Origin: a virus
Length of the DNA: 64,000 bases
Virus record (IMG/VR): IMGVR_UViG_3300027848_000009
Span: 1-64,000 of that record
Direction: 5' to 3' (one strand)
How positions within the stretch are numbered: the stretch's first letter is position 1; the number at the start of each line of letters is the position of its first letter. Positions 28,973-37,357 of the stretch are shown piece after piece. A program made the position numbers and the translations under genes. The notes under the pieces were generated by a model. That model saw only the letters and a list, made by a program, of their open reading frames with translations. It was not told the DNA's origin and did no database searches.

Positions 28973-29221
28973 ATGAGCGAAGCAGTATGGGTGTTCCTCG
29001 GCGCAGTTATCTCGACCATCATCAGCTCGTCGATCAGCCTGTACCGTTCTCGGCTGAATGGTGCCAGCAATCAGATCGAGGCGCTCACGGCATCGGACAA
29101 TCTGATCGGCCGACTGGAGACTCGCATCGACAAACTAGAAGAGCGAGTCAAAGCAATGGAAGCGGAGCTTGACAGATATCACGTTCTGTACGGGCCCCTC
29201 CCACCGGCGAAGCTGCATTGA
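28973..29221 (+). CDS. membrane-anchored coiled-coil lysis-module protein
   Basis: N-terminal TM then RLETRIDKLEERVKAME. Confidence 0.65.
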   Translation: MSEAVWVFLGAVISTIISSSISLYRSRLNGASNQIEALTASDNLIGRLETRIDKLEERVKAMEAELDRYHVLYGPLPPAKLH

Positions 29222-29742
29222 TAGACATCGACAAGATCATCGCCATTATCGCCGCCATCGTTTTCGCGATTACGGGTGCTGTGGGTCGAGATCTTGCTCC
29301 AGCAGAGCGGGGTGTCCAGGTGCAAGTTTCGCCGCCTCCGGCACCGTCACCGAATCCGCCCTCGCCACCGCCGAGATATCACCACTCTTCGCCGGACGTG
29401 GACCGCTGGCATGACGAAGCGATCCGGGCTGGATGGCCCGAGGATGAATGGCCGAGGCTGGCCTGCATCATCCATCGCGAATCCCGTGGCGACCCATACG
29501 CCCACAACCCTCGCTACCCAGACGACAGCTACGGGCTGATCCAACTCAACATGCGGGCCCACCGCAAATGGGTTGGGCCGCTCGTCGGCTGGGACTTCAC
29601 GCACCTGTTCGACGGATACACCAACCTGCTCCATGGGCGCACCTTGTTCGACATGGCGGTCGGCTACCACGACGACGGCTGGCGTCCGTGGATCGCGAGC
29701 AACGGGTCATGTTCTGGCGCTCACAGCTACCCGAGTAGCTGA
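29218..29742 (+). CDS. lytic transglycosylase (SLT/lysozyme-like) with signal anchor
   Basis: CIIHRESRG.P.AHN...DDSYGLIQLN...GWRPW. Confidence 0.82.
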   Translation: MIDIDKIIAIIAAIVFAITGAVGRDLAPAERGVQVQVSPPPAPSPNPPSPPPRYHHSSPDVDRWHDEAIRAGWPEDEWPRLACIIHRESRGDPYAHNPRYPDDSYGLIQLNMRAHRKWVGPLVGWDFTHLFDGYTNLLHGRTLFDMAVGYHDDGWRPWIASNGSCSGAHSYPSS

Positions 29743-29748
29743 CGCTCA

Positions 29749-29922
29749 CCCTCGCCGCCCATGCGGTACGGGCGACGAGGGAGGCTGACACCGCGGTAGA
29801 AAGGATCGACTCAATGAAGCCGGAAAGAACCGTGGTGGTCGAATGTCAGCCTTACGAAATGACCAGCCATAGTATGGCAGATCCGGCGACCGCTACCCAC
29901 AGGGCGACGATTGCGAACGCCC
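29749..29922 (+). ncRNA. candidate multi-helix structured RNA between convergent operons
   Basis: AGGCTGACA/TGTCAGCCT, CCGCGGT/ACCGTGG, GCCAT/ATGGC, GGGCG/CGCCC and two possible pseudoknots. Confidence 0.35.
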
Positions 29923-29994
29923 ATCGGATGCAGCCGTAGGCGAGGTCGGTTGAGCGTTGATCGGTCGGCTCGCCCCGGTCGGGTGCAGGCCAGC

Positions 29995-30318
29995 TCACGA
30001 CCAAGACCAAATGTTGGTTCGGGTCTGCGCTGCCTGCTGGCCTGCCTTCGCTCTGGTCGCTCGACGGTGCGCCGAGTCTCTGAGCTTCGATGGATCAACG
30101 ACCTCGATGCGTAGTGACTGCCATTTACCATCGACCTTCCGTTGCCATGTGCCGTCAATCTTCCGCATCGGGAGTCCGGTGTGAGATAGCGTGCCAGCAT
30201 TCCGCTGCTTGATGCACTGCTTGCATCGCTTGCAGCCTTTGCCGTCGATGTAGGTGTTTGCCTTCGTGAATGGGTGCTCGCGCTTGCAATGCGTTGCTAT
30301 GTTTCGTTTTCTTTCCAC
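29995..30318 (-). CDS. zinc-binding protein (THCKRxH...NTY...RCKQC HNH-associated domain)
   Basis: ATHCKREHPFTKANTYIDGKGCKRCKQC. Confidence 0.6.
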   Translation of the reverse strand: MERKRNIATHCKREHPFTKANTYIDGKGCKRCKQCIKQRNAGTLSHTGLPMRKIDGTWQRKVDGKWQSLRIEVVDPSKLRDSAHRRATRAKAGQQAAQTRTNIWSWS

Positions 30319-30320
30319 GA

Positions 30321-30749
30321 TCAGAACGGATCTTCTTCGCCGTACACCGGGTCGGCTGGCTTGGCTTGGCTTCGCTGCGGCGAGCTGGTCCGCTCGGCGC
30401 GAATAACTTCGCATGTCGCCCATCGGAGATCCGGTCCGACGGAATCGGCAACGACCTCGGTGACCGACTTCTCGTTTCCTTCCCTGTCGGTGTAGTTGCG
30501 TTGCGAGAGTCGGCCGATCACGATGAGCCGGTTACCTTTCTGGAGGCTGGCGGCGCAGTTCTCGCCGAGTTCTGCCCAGGCGGTGACGTTGAAAAATGAG
30601 ACTTCCTCTTTCCATTCGTTCGTCGCCTTATCCATCCAGCGTCGGTTGCAGGCGATGCCGAATGAGGCGACGCCTCGACCGCCCGCCGTGTATCTGAGAT
30701 CCGGCTCGCGGGTGAGGTTCCCGACGAGTGTGACTTGTGCGTCGCTCAT
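30321..30749 (-). CDS. ssb: single-stranded DNA-binding protein
   Basis: VTLVGNLTREPDLRYT..G..VASF, FFNVTAW.ELGENC..SL.KG, acidic EEDPF tail. Confidence 0.95.
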   Translation of the reverse strand: MSDAQVTLVGNLTREPDLRYTAGGRGVASFGIACNRRWMDKATNEWKEEVSFFNVTAWAELGENCAASLQKGNRLIVIGRLSQRNYTDREGNEKSVTEVVADSVGPDLRWATCEVIRAERTSSPQRSQAKPADPVYGEEDPF

Positions 30750-30982
30750 GATTTTGATTCTCCTTGTTGATGTTCGATGTTGGACGGCGACCAGATGGTC
30801 ACCGTGTCGTCGTCGGCGTGATGGTCGCTCCATGTGAATGCCATCGGCAAGCCTTGATGTGTGGCCGGTAACCAAATGTGTTCGCCTTCATGCCCGTCAT
30901 AGCCGCAGCATTGGCGGATCATGTCGGGCATCACGAGGGCAGCGGACGGGCAGCGTTGGCCCTCATCTTGATCTTCGATCAC
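30746..30982 (-). CDS. hypothetical protein
   Basis: GTG start overlapping ERF stop; C...GHEGEH motif. Confidence 0.55.
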   Translation of the reverse strand: MIEDQDEGQRCPSAALVMPDMIRQCCGYDGHEGEHIWLPATHQGLPMAFTWSDHHADDDTVTIWSPSNIEHQQGESKS

Positions 30983-31557
30983 TGCCCGGTCCGAGCCTTC
31001 GTCCATGTCAGAGCGTCGCCGTGCTTCGACTCGGGGAGAGCGGACAGGGCTGACCCGAACTCGTCGGTGAATGCTGCGACGAACTCGCCGACCTCGGCCT
31101 TCTGCATCGTGGAGATGATGAGACGGATCTGAGTCTCTGCTTCGGTCCTCATGTTGGGTGTCGCCTCCGCCCGGTGGGCGATGCCTCCATCGTCGTCGTG
31201 GGCTTCGAGAGCGAACAGCGAGGTGAGTGCGTAGCGGCGCATGTAGGTGATCGCCGAGCCTGCCTGCTGTGGGTCGCCTTTGACTGGGAAGCCTGGCCCT
31301 GGGAAGGCGATTCGTTCGCCGGTCTGGGTGCAGATCAGCAGCGTCGTGATGACCATGTTGCCGTCGGCGATCTCGATTGGCTGAGCGAGCGACATCTGGT
31401 GCTGTGCGAGGACAGGTTTGAGTCCAGCCAGGATCTGGTTGATGTCCGCATACTTGTAGCTGAATGTCTCGTTGATCTTGGCCGACTGGTCCTTGACGAC
31501 CTTCTCGACCGAGGCGAGGACGTTGGCGAACCTGGTCATCATTTCTGGCGTGTCCAT
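30979..31557 (-). CDS. ERF-family single-strand annealing recombinase
   Basis: YKYADINQI, DPQQAGSAITYMRRYAL..LF...DDDG. Confidence 0.9.
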   Translation of the reverse strand: MDTPEMMTRFANVLASVEKVVKDQSAKINETFSYKYADINQILAGLKPVLAQHQMSLAQPIEIADGNMVITTLLICTQTGERIAFPGPGFPVKGDPQQAGSAITYMRRYALTSLFALEAHDDDGGIAHRAEATPNMRTEAETQIRLIISTMQKAEVGEFVAAFTDEFGSALSALPESKHGDALTWTKARTGQ

Positions 31558-31583
31558 GTTGTTCTCTTTCTGTTGGGGATGAT

Positions 31584-32159
31584 TCATGACTGGTCTTCGT
31601 CGGCCGCGAATTGGACTGACCATGACGGCTCGGGCATGGATGCTTCGACACCGGGGATGATCTCGCCGTTCCCGTCCACCATGAAGCGGAAGTCGGGCGA
31701 GGTGTTGGCGATCGACTTGATGCCGGTCACGTTGATCGTCCGGCCGAGGATGTCGGGATGATTGATCTCCGCCCAGGCGAGCGTCGCTGCCTTGTCGGTG
31801 AATGTCAGGGTCGGTGTGTTCGACACTCGGATCTTCGACGTGCCGTAGGGCAGCTCGATCGACTTACGCTTCGGGTCGTCTCGGAGGAGGGCACGGTGCA
31901 ATGATTCGATCGGTGCTTGATGCCATGCGATCTGGTTGTTGAAGATGCGGCGGCGGTGGAGGCGGCGGATCTCCAGCCGGTCCATCTCGGCTTGGTACAC
32001 GGCGTCGATCTCGTCACGTTGTGCGGTTGCTCTTGCTGCCATCTTCAGGTGCCAGGATGCACGGTCGAGCGCTTCGGCTGTGCCTTCGGGCATGAGGGCC
32101 GGGGTGTCGTAGTCGATGTCCGGCTCGTCGCCGATGGGGATGTCCATGTCTTCGTTCAT
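31584..32159 (-). CDS. Mu Gam-like host-nuclease inhibitor
   Basis: Helical N-terminus, KSIELPYGTSKIR, GEIIPGV. Confidence 0.75.
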   Translation of the reverse strand: MNEDMDIPIGDEPDIDYDTPALMPEGTAEALDRASWHLKMAARATAQRDEIDAVYQAEMDRLEIRRLHRRRIFNNQIAWHQAPIESLHRALLRDDPKRKSIELPYGTSKIRVSNTPTLTFTDKAATLAWAEINHPDILGRTINVTGIKSIANTSPDFRFMVDGNGEIIPGVEASMPEPSWSVQFAADEDQS

Positions 32160-32216
32160 TGGTTTCTCGTTTCAGGGTTGTCCTCGACGGGGTGCCGAGA
32201 TTGGTGGAACAGCCAC

Positions 32217-32245
32217 AGTCTACCCGACCCGAGTCGGTCTGGCTA
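32217..32245 (-). promoter_or_regulatory. divergent leftward promoter with operator variant
   Basis: Minus strand TAGCCA-GACCGACTCGGGTCGGG(17)-TAGACT upstream of gam-erf-ssb. Confidence 0.7.
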
Positions 32246-32256
32246 CCTCCAATCTT

Positions 32257-32318
32257 CCAGAATAGTTTCGGGTTGAGGGTTGACGACCCGACTCGGGTCG
32301 GATAGAGTGATTGACATG
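32257..32318 (+). promoter_or_regulatory. conserved promoter/operator, copy 3
   Basis: TTGACG(32280)-17-TAGAGT(32303)-7-ATG; palindrome 32284-32300. Confidence 0.88.
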
Positions 32319-32558
32319 ACCAACCAGACAAACTCCACCACCCACCAGTTTGCGGCATCGCAGATCGAGGTCGGCGACGAAATCCTGATCCGAGTTCACT
32401 CGACGAACCCGAACGACTTCCAGCGTCGCCGCCACTACCTGAAAGTGCTCGCCACCAACGGCGACGGATACAAGGTCAAGGTCTTCACCGACCAGGGCGA
32501 GATGTCCTTCCGCAACTCCGACATCGTCGAGATCGTCACCCACGGCTGGACCGCATGA
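32316..32558 (+). CDS. small beta-rich hypothetical protein (leaderless)
   Basis: AASQIEVGDEI SH3-like start. Confidence 0.7.
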   Translation: MTNQTNSTTHQFAASQIEVGDEILIRVHSTNPNDFQRRRHYLKVLATNGDGYKVKVFTDQGEMSFRNSDIVEIVTHGWTA

Positions 32559-32815
32559 TGACCGCCGCAACCACCACCAAAATCGCAGCCGCCAGCCTCG
32601 TTCCCGGCGACTTCATCATCAGCCGTATCGGTATCCCTCGCAAGATCATCGCAGTCTGGGGCAACGTTGAGATCGAGTTCGCAGACGGTTCCACTCAGGG
32701 AATTCACCCCGATCACACCGTCACGATCATCGCCACCGAAGCCCGAGCGATCTGCGATGGCCTCGGCCACGGCTACCCCGGTGGCGGTCCCTGCCCGCTC
32801 GAAGATCGCTGGTAA
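32555..32815 (+). CDS. small hypothetical protein
   Basis: AASLVPGDFI, similar pattern to previous gene; ATGA coupling. Confidence 0.65.
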   Translation: MMTAATTTKIAAASLVPGDFIISRIGIPRKIIAVWGNVEIEFADGSTQGIHPDHTVTIIATEARAICDGLGHGYPGGGPCPLEDRW

Positions 32816-32820
32816 GCGAA

Positions 32821-32883
32821 GCGACCTCGGCTACGGCCGAGCGTTGCGAAGGTCTTCCCGAGTCGGGCGGATCTTCGGAGCGA
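32821..32883 (+). ncRNA. candidate cis-acting structured RNA motif, copy C
   Basis: GCGAC-CTCGGC(UACG)GCCGAG-C-GTTGC, stem CGAAGGTC/GATCTTCG, then GAGCGA. Confidence 0.65.
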
Positions 32884-32917
32884 TCCCCGCTTCCACCAAG
32901 CAAGAAAGAATGGCACC

Positions 32918-34111
32918 ATGCCCACCACCGAAGAACTCTCCACCCGACTCCGAAACGAGACGGACCTTTCCAAGATCAGCGGCACCCTCGCCGCTGTCGC
33001 CTCCTCCCGCTTCGATGTCGTCGCCCCACAATCGGCGCTCCACGTCGAGCGTGACACGGCGACGATCGCCGACCCGAGCGGCGAGCCGCAACTCACCGAC
33101 GATGGAGTCACGTCGCCAGTGATCGTCGCCTCGATGACTCGCATGGCGGAACGGCAGATCGCTGGTCGGCTCAAGATCCCGCTCCAGTACCTCGACCGCC
33201 TCCAGAGCAACGAGGACGCCACCCGCGACCTCGCCGACCACTCGATCAACACGCTGGCCGGGATCGACGACCGCAAGGCGCTCTACCGTTTCTTACGGGC
33301 CGACGATGGCCTGGTGCTCCGCTCCGTCCTCTCCGACTCTTATGGACTCTTCGACAACGACCGGGCGCTCCGTGCTCTCATCGAAGGCCTCGGCGCTTCT
33401 GGCCTCGGCCTCGGCGACTGTCAGGTGAAGGGCGACGTGACGCCGGACCGGCTGCGGCTTCGCATCACGGTCCCGGCGATCGAGCTGGCCGTCCCCGATC
33501 TACTCGGCGACTACCGGATGCCGTTCTCGATGAAACCGGAGAACGGCATGCACGACCGACCCGACGTGGGCGAGACACCTCCCGTGCTGTGGGCCGGTAT
33601 CGAAATCGGCAACTCCGAGACAGGCAACGGAACCTTCTTCGTCAGGCCTCGGGCCGAGGTCGCTGTCTGCCGCAACGGTCTTGTCAAGCCGATCGAGTTC
33701 AAGCGTGCTCACCTCGGCGCTCGGCTCGACGACGGCGAGATCAACTGGTCCGGCGAGACTCGTCAGAACGTGTACAAGCTGGTGGCCTCGCAGGTCGCCG
33801 ACGTGGTGCGTACCTACCTCTCGACCGACTACTTGGTGACGATCGCTGCGGAGATGCGTGCTGCGAAGGGAATCGTTATCGACTCGGCGGCTTCTGCCAT
33901 CGAGATCGTGACCGACCAGATCGGGCTGACCGACGACGAGCAGAGAAACGTCTTCGACTGCTTCGCTCGGGGTGGCGACTCGACGCTGTTGGGGCTGGGC
34001 CAAGCGGTCACGGCTGCTTCCCAGCTGGTCGAAGACGGCGATCGTCAGGCCGAGCTGGAAGGCGAGTTCTGGAACGTTGTCAACTCGCCAGCTCGTTACG
34101 CCTCGGTCTGA
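32918..34111 (+). CDS. DUF932-like protein
   Basis: RSVLSDSY..FDN, IGNSETG.G, VC.NGL, R.HLG. Confidence 0.75.
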   Translation: MPTTEELSTRLRNETDLSKISGTLAAVASSRFDVVAPQSALHVERDTATIADPSGEPQLTDDGVTSPVIVASMTRMAERQIAGRLKIPLQYLDRLQSNEDATRDLADHSINTLAGIDDRKALYRFLRADDGLVLRSVLSDSYGLFDNDRALRALIEGLGASGLGLGDCQVKGDVTPDRLRLRITVPAIELAVPDLLGDYRMPFSMKPENGMHDRPDVGETPPVLWAGIEIGNSETGNGTFFVRPRAEVAVCRNGLVKPIEFKRAHLGARLDDGEINWSGETRQNVYKLVASQVADVVRTYLSTDYLVTIAAEMRAAKGIVIDSAASAIEIVTDQIGLTDDEQRNVFDCFARGGDSTLLGLGQAVTAASQLVEDGDRQAELEGEFWNVVNSPARYASV

Positions 34112-34122
34112 CCCGATAAGCA

Positions 34123-34168
34123 AACCTGCCCGGCCACCTCGCAATCGTGCGGAGTGGCCGGGCAGGTT
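34123..34168. terminator. 15-bp GC-rich hairpin, likely terminator
   Basis: AACCTGCCCGGCCAC/GTGGCCGGGCAGGTT. Confidence 0.6.
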
Positions 34169-34247
34169 AGGGTTGTCGCCCTACCAAGAACTCGAACCGA
34201 GGAGAAGAAGTGTACCAAGAAGTGAATGAACTGGCAGAGGTCGTGGC

Positions 34248-35045
34248 GTGAGCATCGAGCGTGTCGCCCTCGTCCTGAAGAAATCGTGGGGAGTGCCCGG
34301 CACCGCCAAGCTGATCTTGATTGGCATTGCCAACCATGACGGCGACGGTGGGGCGTGGCCGTCGATCGACACGCTGGCGGCATACGCCGAGGTCGATCGA
34401 CGTGGAGTGCAGCGGCACCTCTCGACGATGTCCGAGAAGGGCATCCTGACCGTCCACACCAATCGGGGTGGCACTGATGCCACCCCGGTCGATCGTCGCC
34501 CGAATCGCTACGAGATCGACTACGGATACGAGGCGGCGCGAGCGTCGCCTCGCGGGGCGGTGTCTACGACGGCACGGGGCGGTGTAGAAGGCGCGAACGG
34601 GGCGGTGTCTACGACCGAACGGGGCGGTGTGTGCGCCGCCCTAACCTTCCTTGAACCATCCATAGAACCGTCCATAGAACTGTTTACCTCATCGCAAGCG
34701 ATCGAGGTGCTGCCGCTGGCGAGAGTGCTGGCGTATTCGCTCGACGAAGAGTTCGATCTCTTCTGGCAGACATACGGCCGAGTCGGTTCGAAGAAGAAGG
34801 CTCGCGAATGCTGGGAGCTGGCAATCCGCAAGGCAGCACCCGAGGTCATCCAGGCTGGCTTGGAGCGATGGACAGAATACTGGCTGTCGCCCGACGCCGC
34901 GAATCAGAAGTGGCCGCAAGGATGGCTCAGCGAAGAGCGGTGGAGCGACGAGCCGCCGTTCGCCTCGAAGAAGTCTGTCGCACCGAAGCTCGCAAACTCC
35001 ACCGCCGCTCTCAAGCAGGCCATGCAGAACAGGATGAACCGATGA
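34248..35045 (+). CDS. phage replication initiator (N-terminal wHTH)
   Basis: AKLILIGIANH....AWPSIDTLA, FDLFW..Y.R..SKKKA..W, WL.EERWSDE. Confidence 0.82.
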   Translation: MSIERVALVLKKSWGVPGTAKLILIGIANHDGDGGAWPSIDTLAAYAEVDRRGVQRHLSTMSEKGILTVHTNRGGTDATPVDRRPNRYEIDYGYEAARASPRGAVSTTARGGVEGANGAVSTTERGGVCAALTFLEPSIEPSIELFTSSQAIEVLPLARVLAYSLDEEFDLFWQTYGRVGSKKKARECWELAIRKAAPEVIQAGLERWTEYWLSPDAANQKWPQGWLSEERWSDEPPFASKKSVAPKLANSTAALKQAMQNRMNR

Positions 35046-35476
35046 CCGAAGAAGAATCTTGGCTACTGGTCGGTGATCTCGCCGTTGAGACAAGCGGGTG
35101 GGATGACATCAACATCGAGGCCACTCGTAAACGCATCGAGGGATGGCCCGACTTCAATTGCGGGCGCGAGGCGGTCGAGACTGTCATCGAAACACACGAC
35201 GGTTACGGCCGTCCTCTGTGGGGCGCTCTGAACAATGCGTACCGCTCCTCGGCCCGACGGCGGACGATGGCTGCTCCGGCGCTTCTTTCGGGCGCTGAGG
35301 GACGTATCTTGTCCTTTGCGGAGGGTCGGGTCGTAGCTGCGAAGTCGTACTCTCAATATTGTGTGAAGCGAGATACGAAGACTGACCCGCACATTCTTTC
35401 GGGCTTCCGCTCGACCGAGCCGAACCCGAAGATCCTCGATCAGCTTCTGGGCTTTGTGAAGAGTCCCGAGGAATGA
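35042..35476 (+). CDS. hypothetical protein (helicase-loader position)
   Basis: ATGA-coupled to initiator. Confidence 0.6.
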   Translation: MTEEESWLLVGDLAVETSGWDDINIEATRKRIEGWPDFNCGREAVETVIETHDGYGRPLWGALNNAYRSSARRRTMAAPALLSGAEGRILSFAEGRVVAAKSYSQYCVKRDTKTDPHILSGFRSTEPNPKILDQLLGFVKSPEE

Positions 35477-35516
35477 TGCACTCTGAGTTGTCGGCGACCG
35501 AATACCGGAGCTTGCT

Positions 35517-35783
35517 GTGAGCGTGACGCCACGAGCGCGGGCGCTCAACCGAGGCCACATCATGGACGCCGACGTGAAGAAGGCGGAGCGGGCCGAGGCG
35601 AGGAGGAACGCTCCGAAGTCGTTGGCGATCGTGCGTGGGCAGCGCGTCTTCCTCGACGGCGGCGAGTGGGGGATGGTGTGGTGCAGCGTGTCGCAGGTTC
35701 TGGACGCCCACCGGGCTGAGGTCGTGCTCCCTCACGGCGGTCGTTTGATCGTGCCGAGGTCAATGTTGAGCGGAGGCTTGTGA
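35517..35783 (+). CDS. hypothetical protein
   Basis: ORF in operon. Confidence 0.5.
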   Translation: MSVTPRARALNRGHIMDADVKKAERAEARRNAPKSLAIVRGQRVFLDGGEWGMVWCSVSQVLDAHRAEVVLPHGGRLIVPRSMLSGGL

Positions 35784-35813
35784 TTCTCCTGCGATGTCCT
35801 TCCCAACAACACC

Positions 35814-35838
35814 CGGCTCGACTCGGGTCGATTAGAGT
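35814..35838 (+). promoter_or_regulatory. degenerate operator plus TAGAGT -10
   Basis: CGGCTCGACTCGGGTCG (2 mismatches to consensus), AT, TAGAGT. Confidence 0.6.
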
Positions 35839-35902
35839 GAAGTCGATCGGTTGCTCTGCGTGGCCGACGTAACGGGCTACGGCCCAGAAAGGTTCCGATG
35901 GC

Positions 35903-36271
35903 GTGATTCGCTCTGGTCCGATCAAACGTAAGAAGTCAGCGGATCGGACCAGAGCAGGGTCGCCCGCACAGGGTGCTCAGAGGCCATCTAAGCAACGATC
36001 CCGCCCGAGGAGGGCCGGTGTCGCCCCTGATACCGCTGAGGCTGTGAAGGAGCGAGACCAAGAATGCCAGGCGTGGCCGCTCGGCTTCGCTCTCGATCGC
36101 CGATGTTCGGGCCGAGGCCACATTCACCATCGTGTGCTGAGATCGCAAGGAGGCGAGCACACCGCCGAGAATCTGCTACTGCTATGCGAGGCGCATCACG
36201 ACCTCGCTCATAACTCACGACGGGCCGAGGCTGAGGCAGCGGGCGTCATCATCAGAAGGGGTATCAAATGA
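35903..36271 (+). CDS. HNH endonuclease
   Basis: ERDQECQ...CSG..HIHHRVLRSQGG....NLLLLCEAHH..AH. Confidence 0.88.
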   Translation: MIRSGPIKRKKSADRTRAGSPAQGAQRPSKQRSRPRRAGVAPDTAEAVKERDQECQAWPLGFALDRRCSGRGHIHHRVLRSQGGEHTAENLLLLCEAHHDLAHNSRRAEAEAAGVIIRRGIK

Positions 36272-36702
36272 ACAACATGAGTTTGTTCGACGGAGACGGC
36301 GACGACGAAGGCGACAAGAAGGACGACCGGCTGGCGACGCTAGTGGCCAGAGTGTTCTTCTTGATGAGCGATCGTCACTGGCGTTCGCTCGGCGACATCG
36401 GCGAGAAGGCGGGAGGGTCGGAAGCGTCCGTGTCGGCTCGGCTCCGAGATCTACGGAAGCCACGTTTCGGTGGGCACACCGTCGAGCGTCGCCTGGTTGG
36501 CGGCGGGCTGTACGCCTACCGGCTCCAGCCGAGCGATCTTGGTCTGCTCGACGGCCGGGCCGAGCGGTCGCCGAAAGCCGACGCTCGACGCCGGGTGACC
36601 GAATACCTCGACAAGCGGGAAGGCCAGCTCCAGGCTGATCTGATCGACTGGGCTTGGTCCGGCGAAACACTGTTGATGTCCGATCTTCGGGTGCTGCTGT
36701 GA
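36268..36702 (+). CDS. wHTH DNA-binding protein
   Basis: WRSLGDI....SEASVSARLRDLRKPRFG.HTVERR. Confidence 0.75.
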   Translation: MNNMSLFDGDGDDEGDKKDDRLATLVARVFFLMSDRHWRSLGDIGEKAGGSEASVSARLRDLRKPRFGGHTVERRLVGGGLYAYRLQPSDLGLLDGRAERSPKADARRRVTEYLDKREGQLQADLIDWAWSGETLLMSDLRVLL

Positions 36703-37094
36703 ACGATCACATCCGGCCGGTCATGTCGCAGGCCCAAATCGAACATCAGATCATGGACACCGCCGATGCGTTGGAGCTGCTCGTCGAGCAGTACGCCGAG
36801 ATCGCCGAGGCGGCTGGACTGTCCACGGCGGAGCATCTGAAACAGCAGGCGCTGATGACCTTGGCCGTCATCGAGCATCCGCCGCGCAACGAAAACGGAC
36901 TGGCAATAAAGCAGGATGCGAAGTCTCGTGACGCACGGATCGAGCTGGCATCAAACGACGAGCGGAAGGCGGCTGCGATTGCTGGCGCTCGTCGAGAGTT
37001 CCAGCGAGAAGCGATGTCGATGCAACGGTCACGGCTCGACGCTCTCCGCACCCTCGCCGCCAACGTGCGATACCAGTTGAGTAACAACGGATGA
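36699..37094 (+). CDS. coiled-coil hypothetical protein
   Basis: GTGA coupling; LDALRTLAANVR. Confidence 0.65.
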   Translation: MNDHIRPVMSQAQIEHQIMDTADALELLVEQYAEIAEAAGLSTAEHLKQQALMTLAVIEHPPRNENGLAIKQDAKSRDARIELASNDERKAAAIAGARREFQREAMSMQRSRLDALRTLAANVRYQLSNNG

Positions 37095-37096
37095 GC

Positions 37097-37126
37097 ACGA
37101 CCGTAGTCGGGTATGGTGTTGGCATG
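37097..37126 (+). promoter_or_regulatory. leaderless promoter, class 2, driving the base-modification operon
   Basis: ACGACCGTAGTCGGG-TATGGT-GTTGGC-ATG. Confidence 0.6.
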
Positions 37127-37357
37127 ACCGAGAACGAATCCAAGAAGCTGTCCGCTCTCCAGCTCTCCGTGTGCCGGGGCAACCTGGCGATGCTCGAACG
37201 TAATGCGTTTCTCAAAACGCTGTACGAGAAGGGTGCCACGCAGCCCGAGCTGGCGATCACACTCAACGTAGTGTCACGCACAGTGGGCGACAAGGAGATC
37301 ACGCCGGACGCCGTGTACCGGGCGATCAAACGCATCAACGATCGGAGCGGATCATGA
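37124..37357 (+). CDS. small HTH-like protein
   Basis: GATQPELA...ITPDAVYRAIKR. Confidence 0.6.
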   Translation: MTENESKKLSALQLSVCRGNLAMLERNAFLKTLYEKGATQPELAITLNVVSRTVGDKEITPDAVYRAIKRINDRSGS

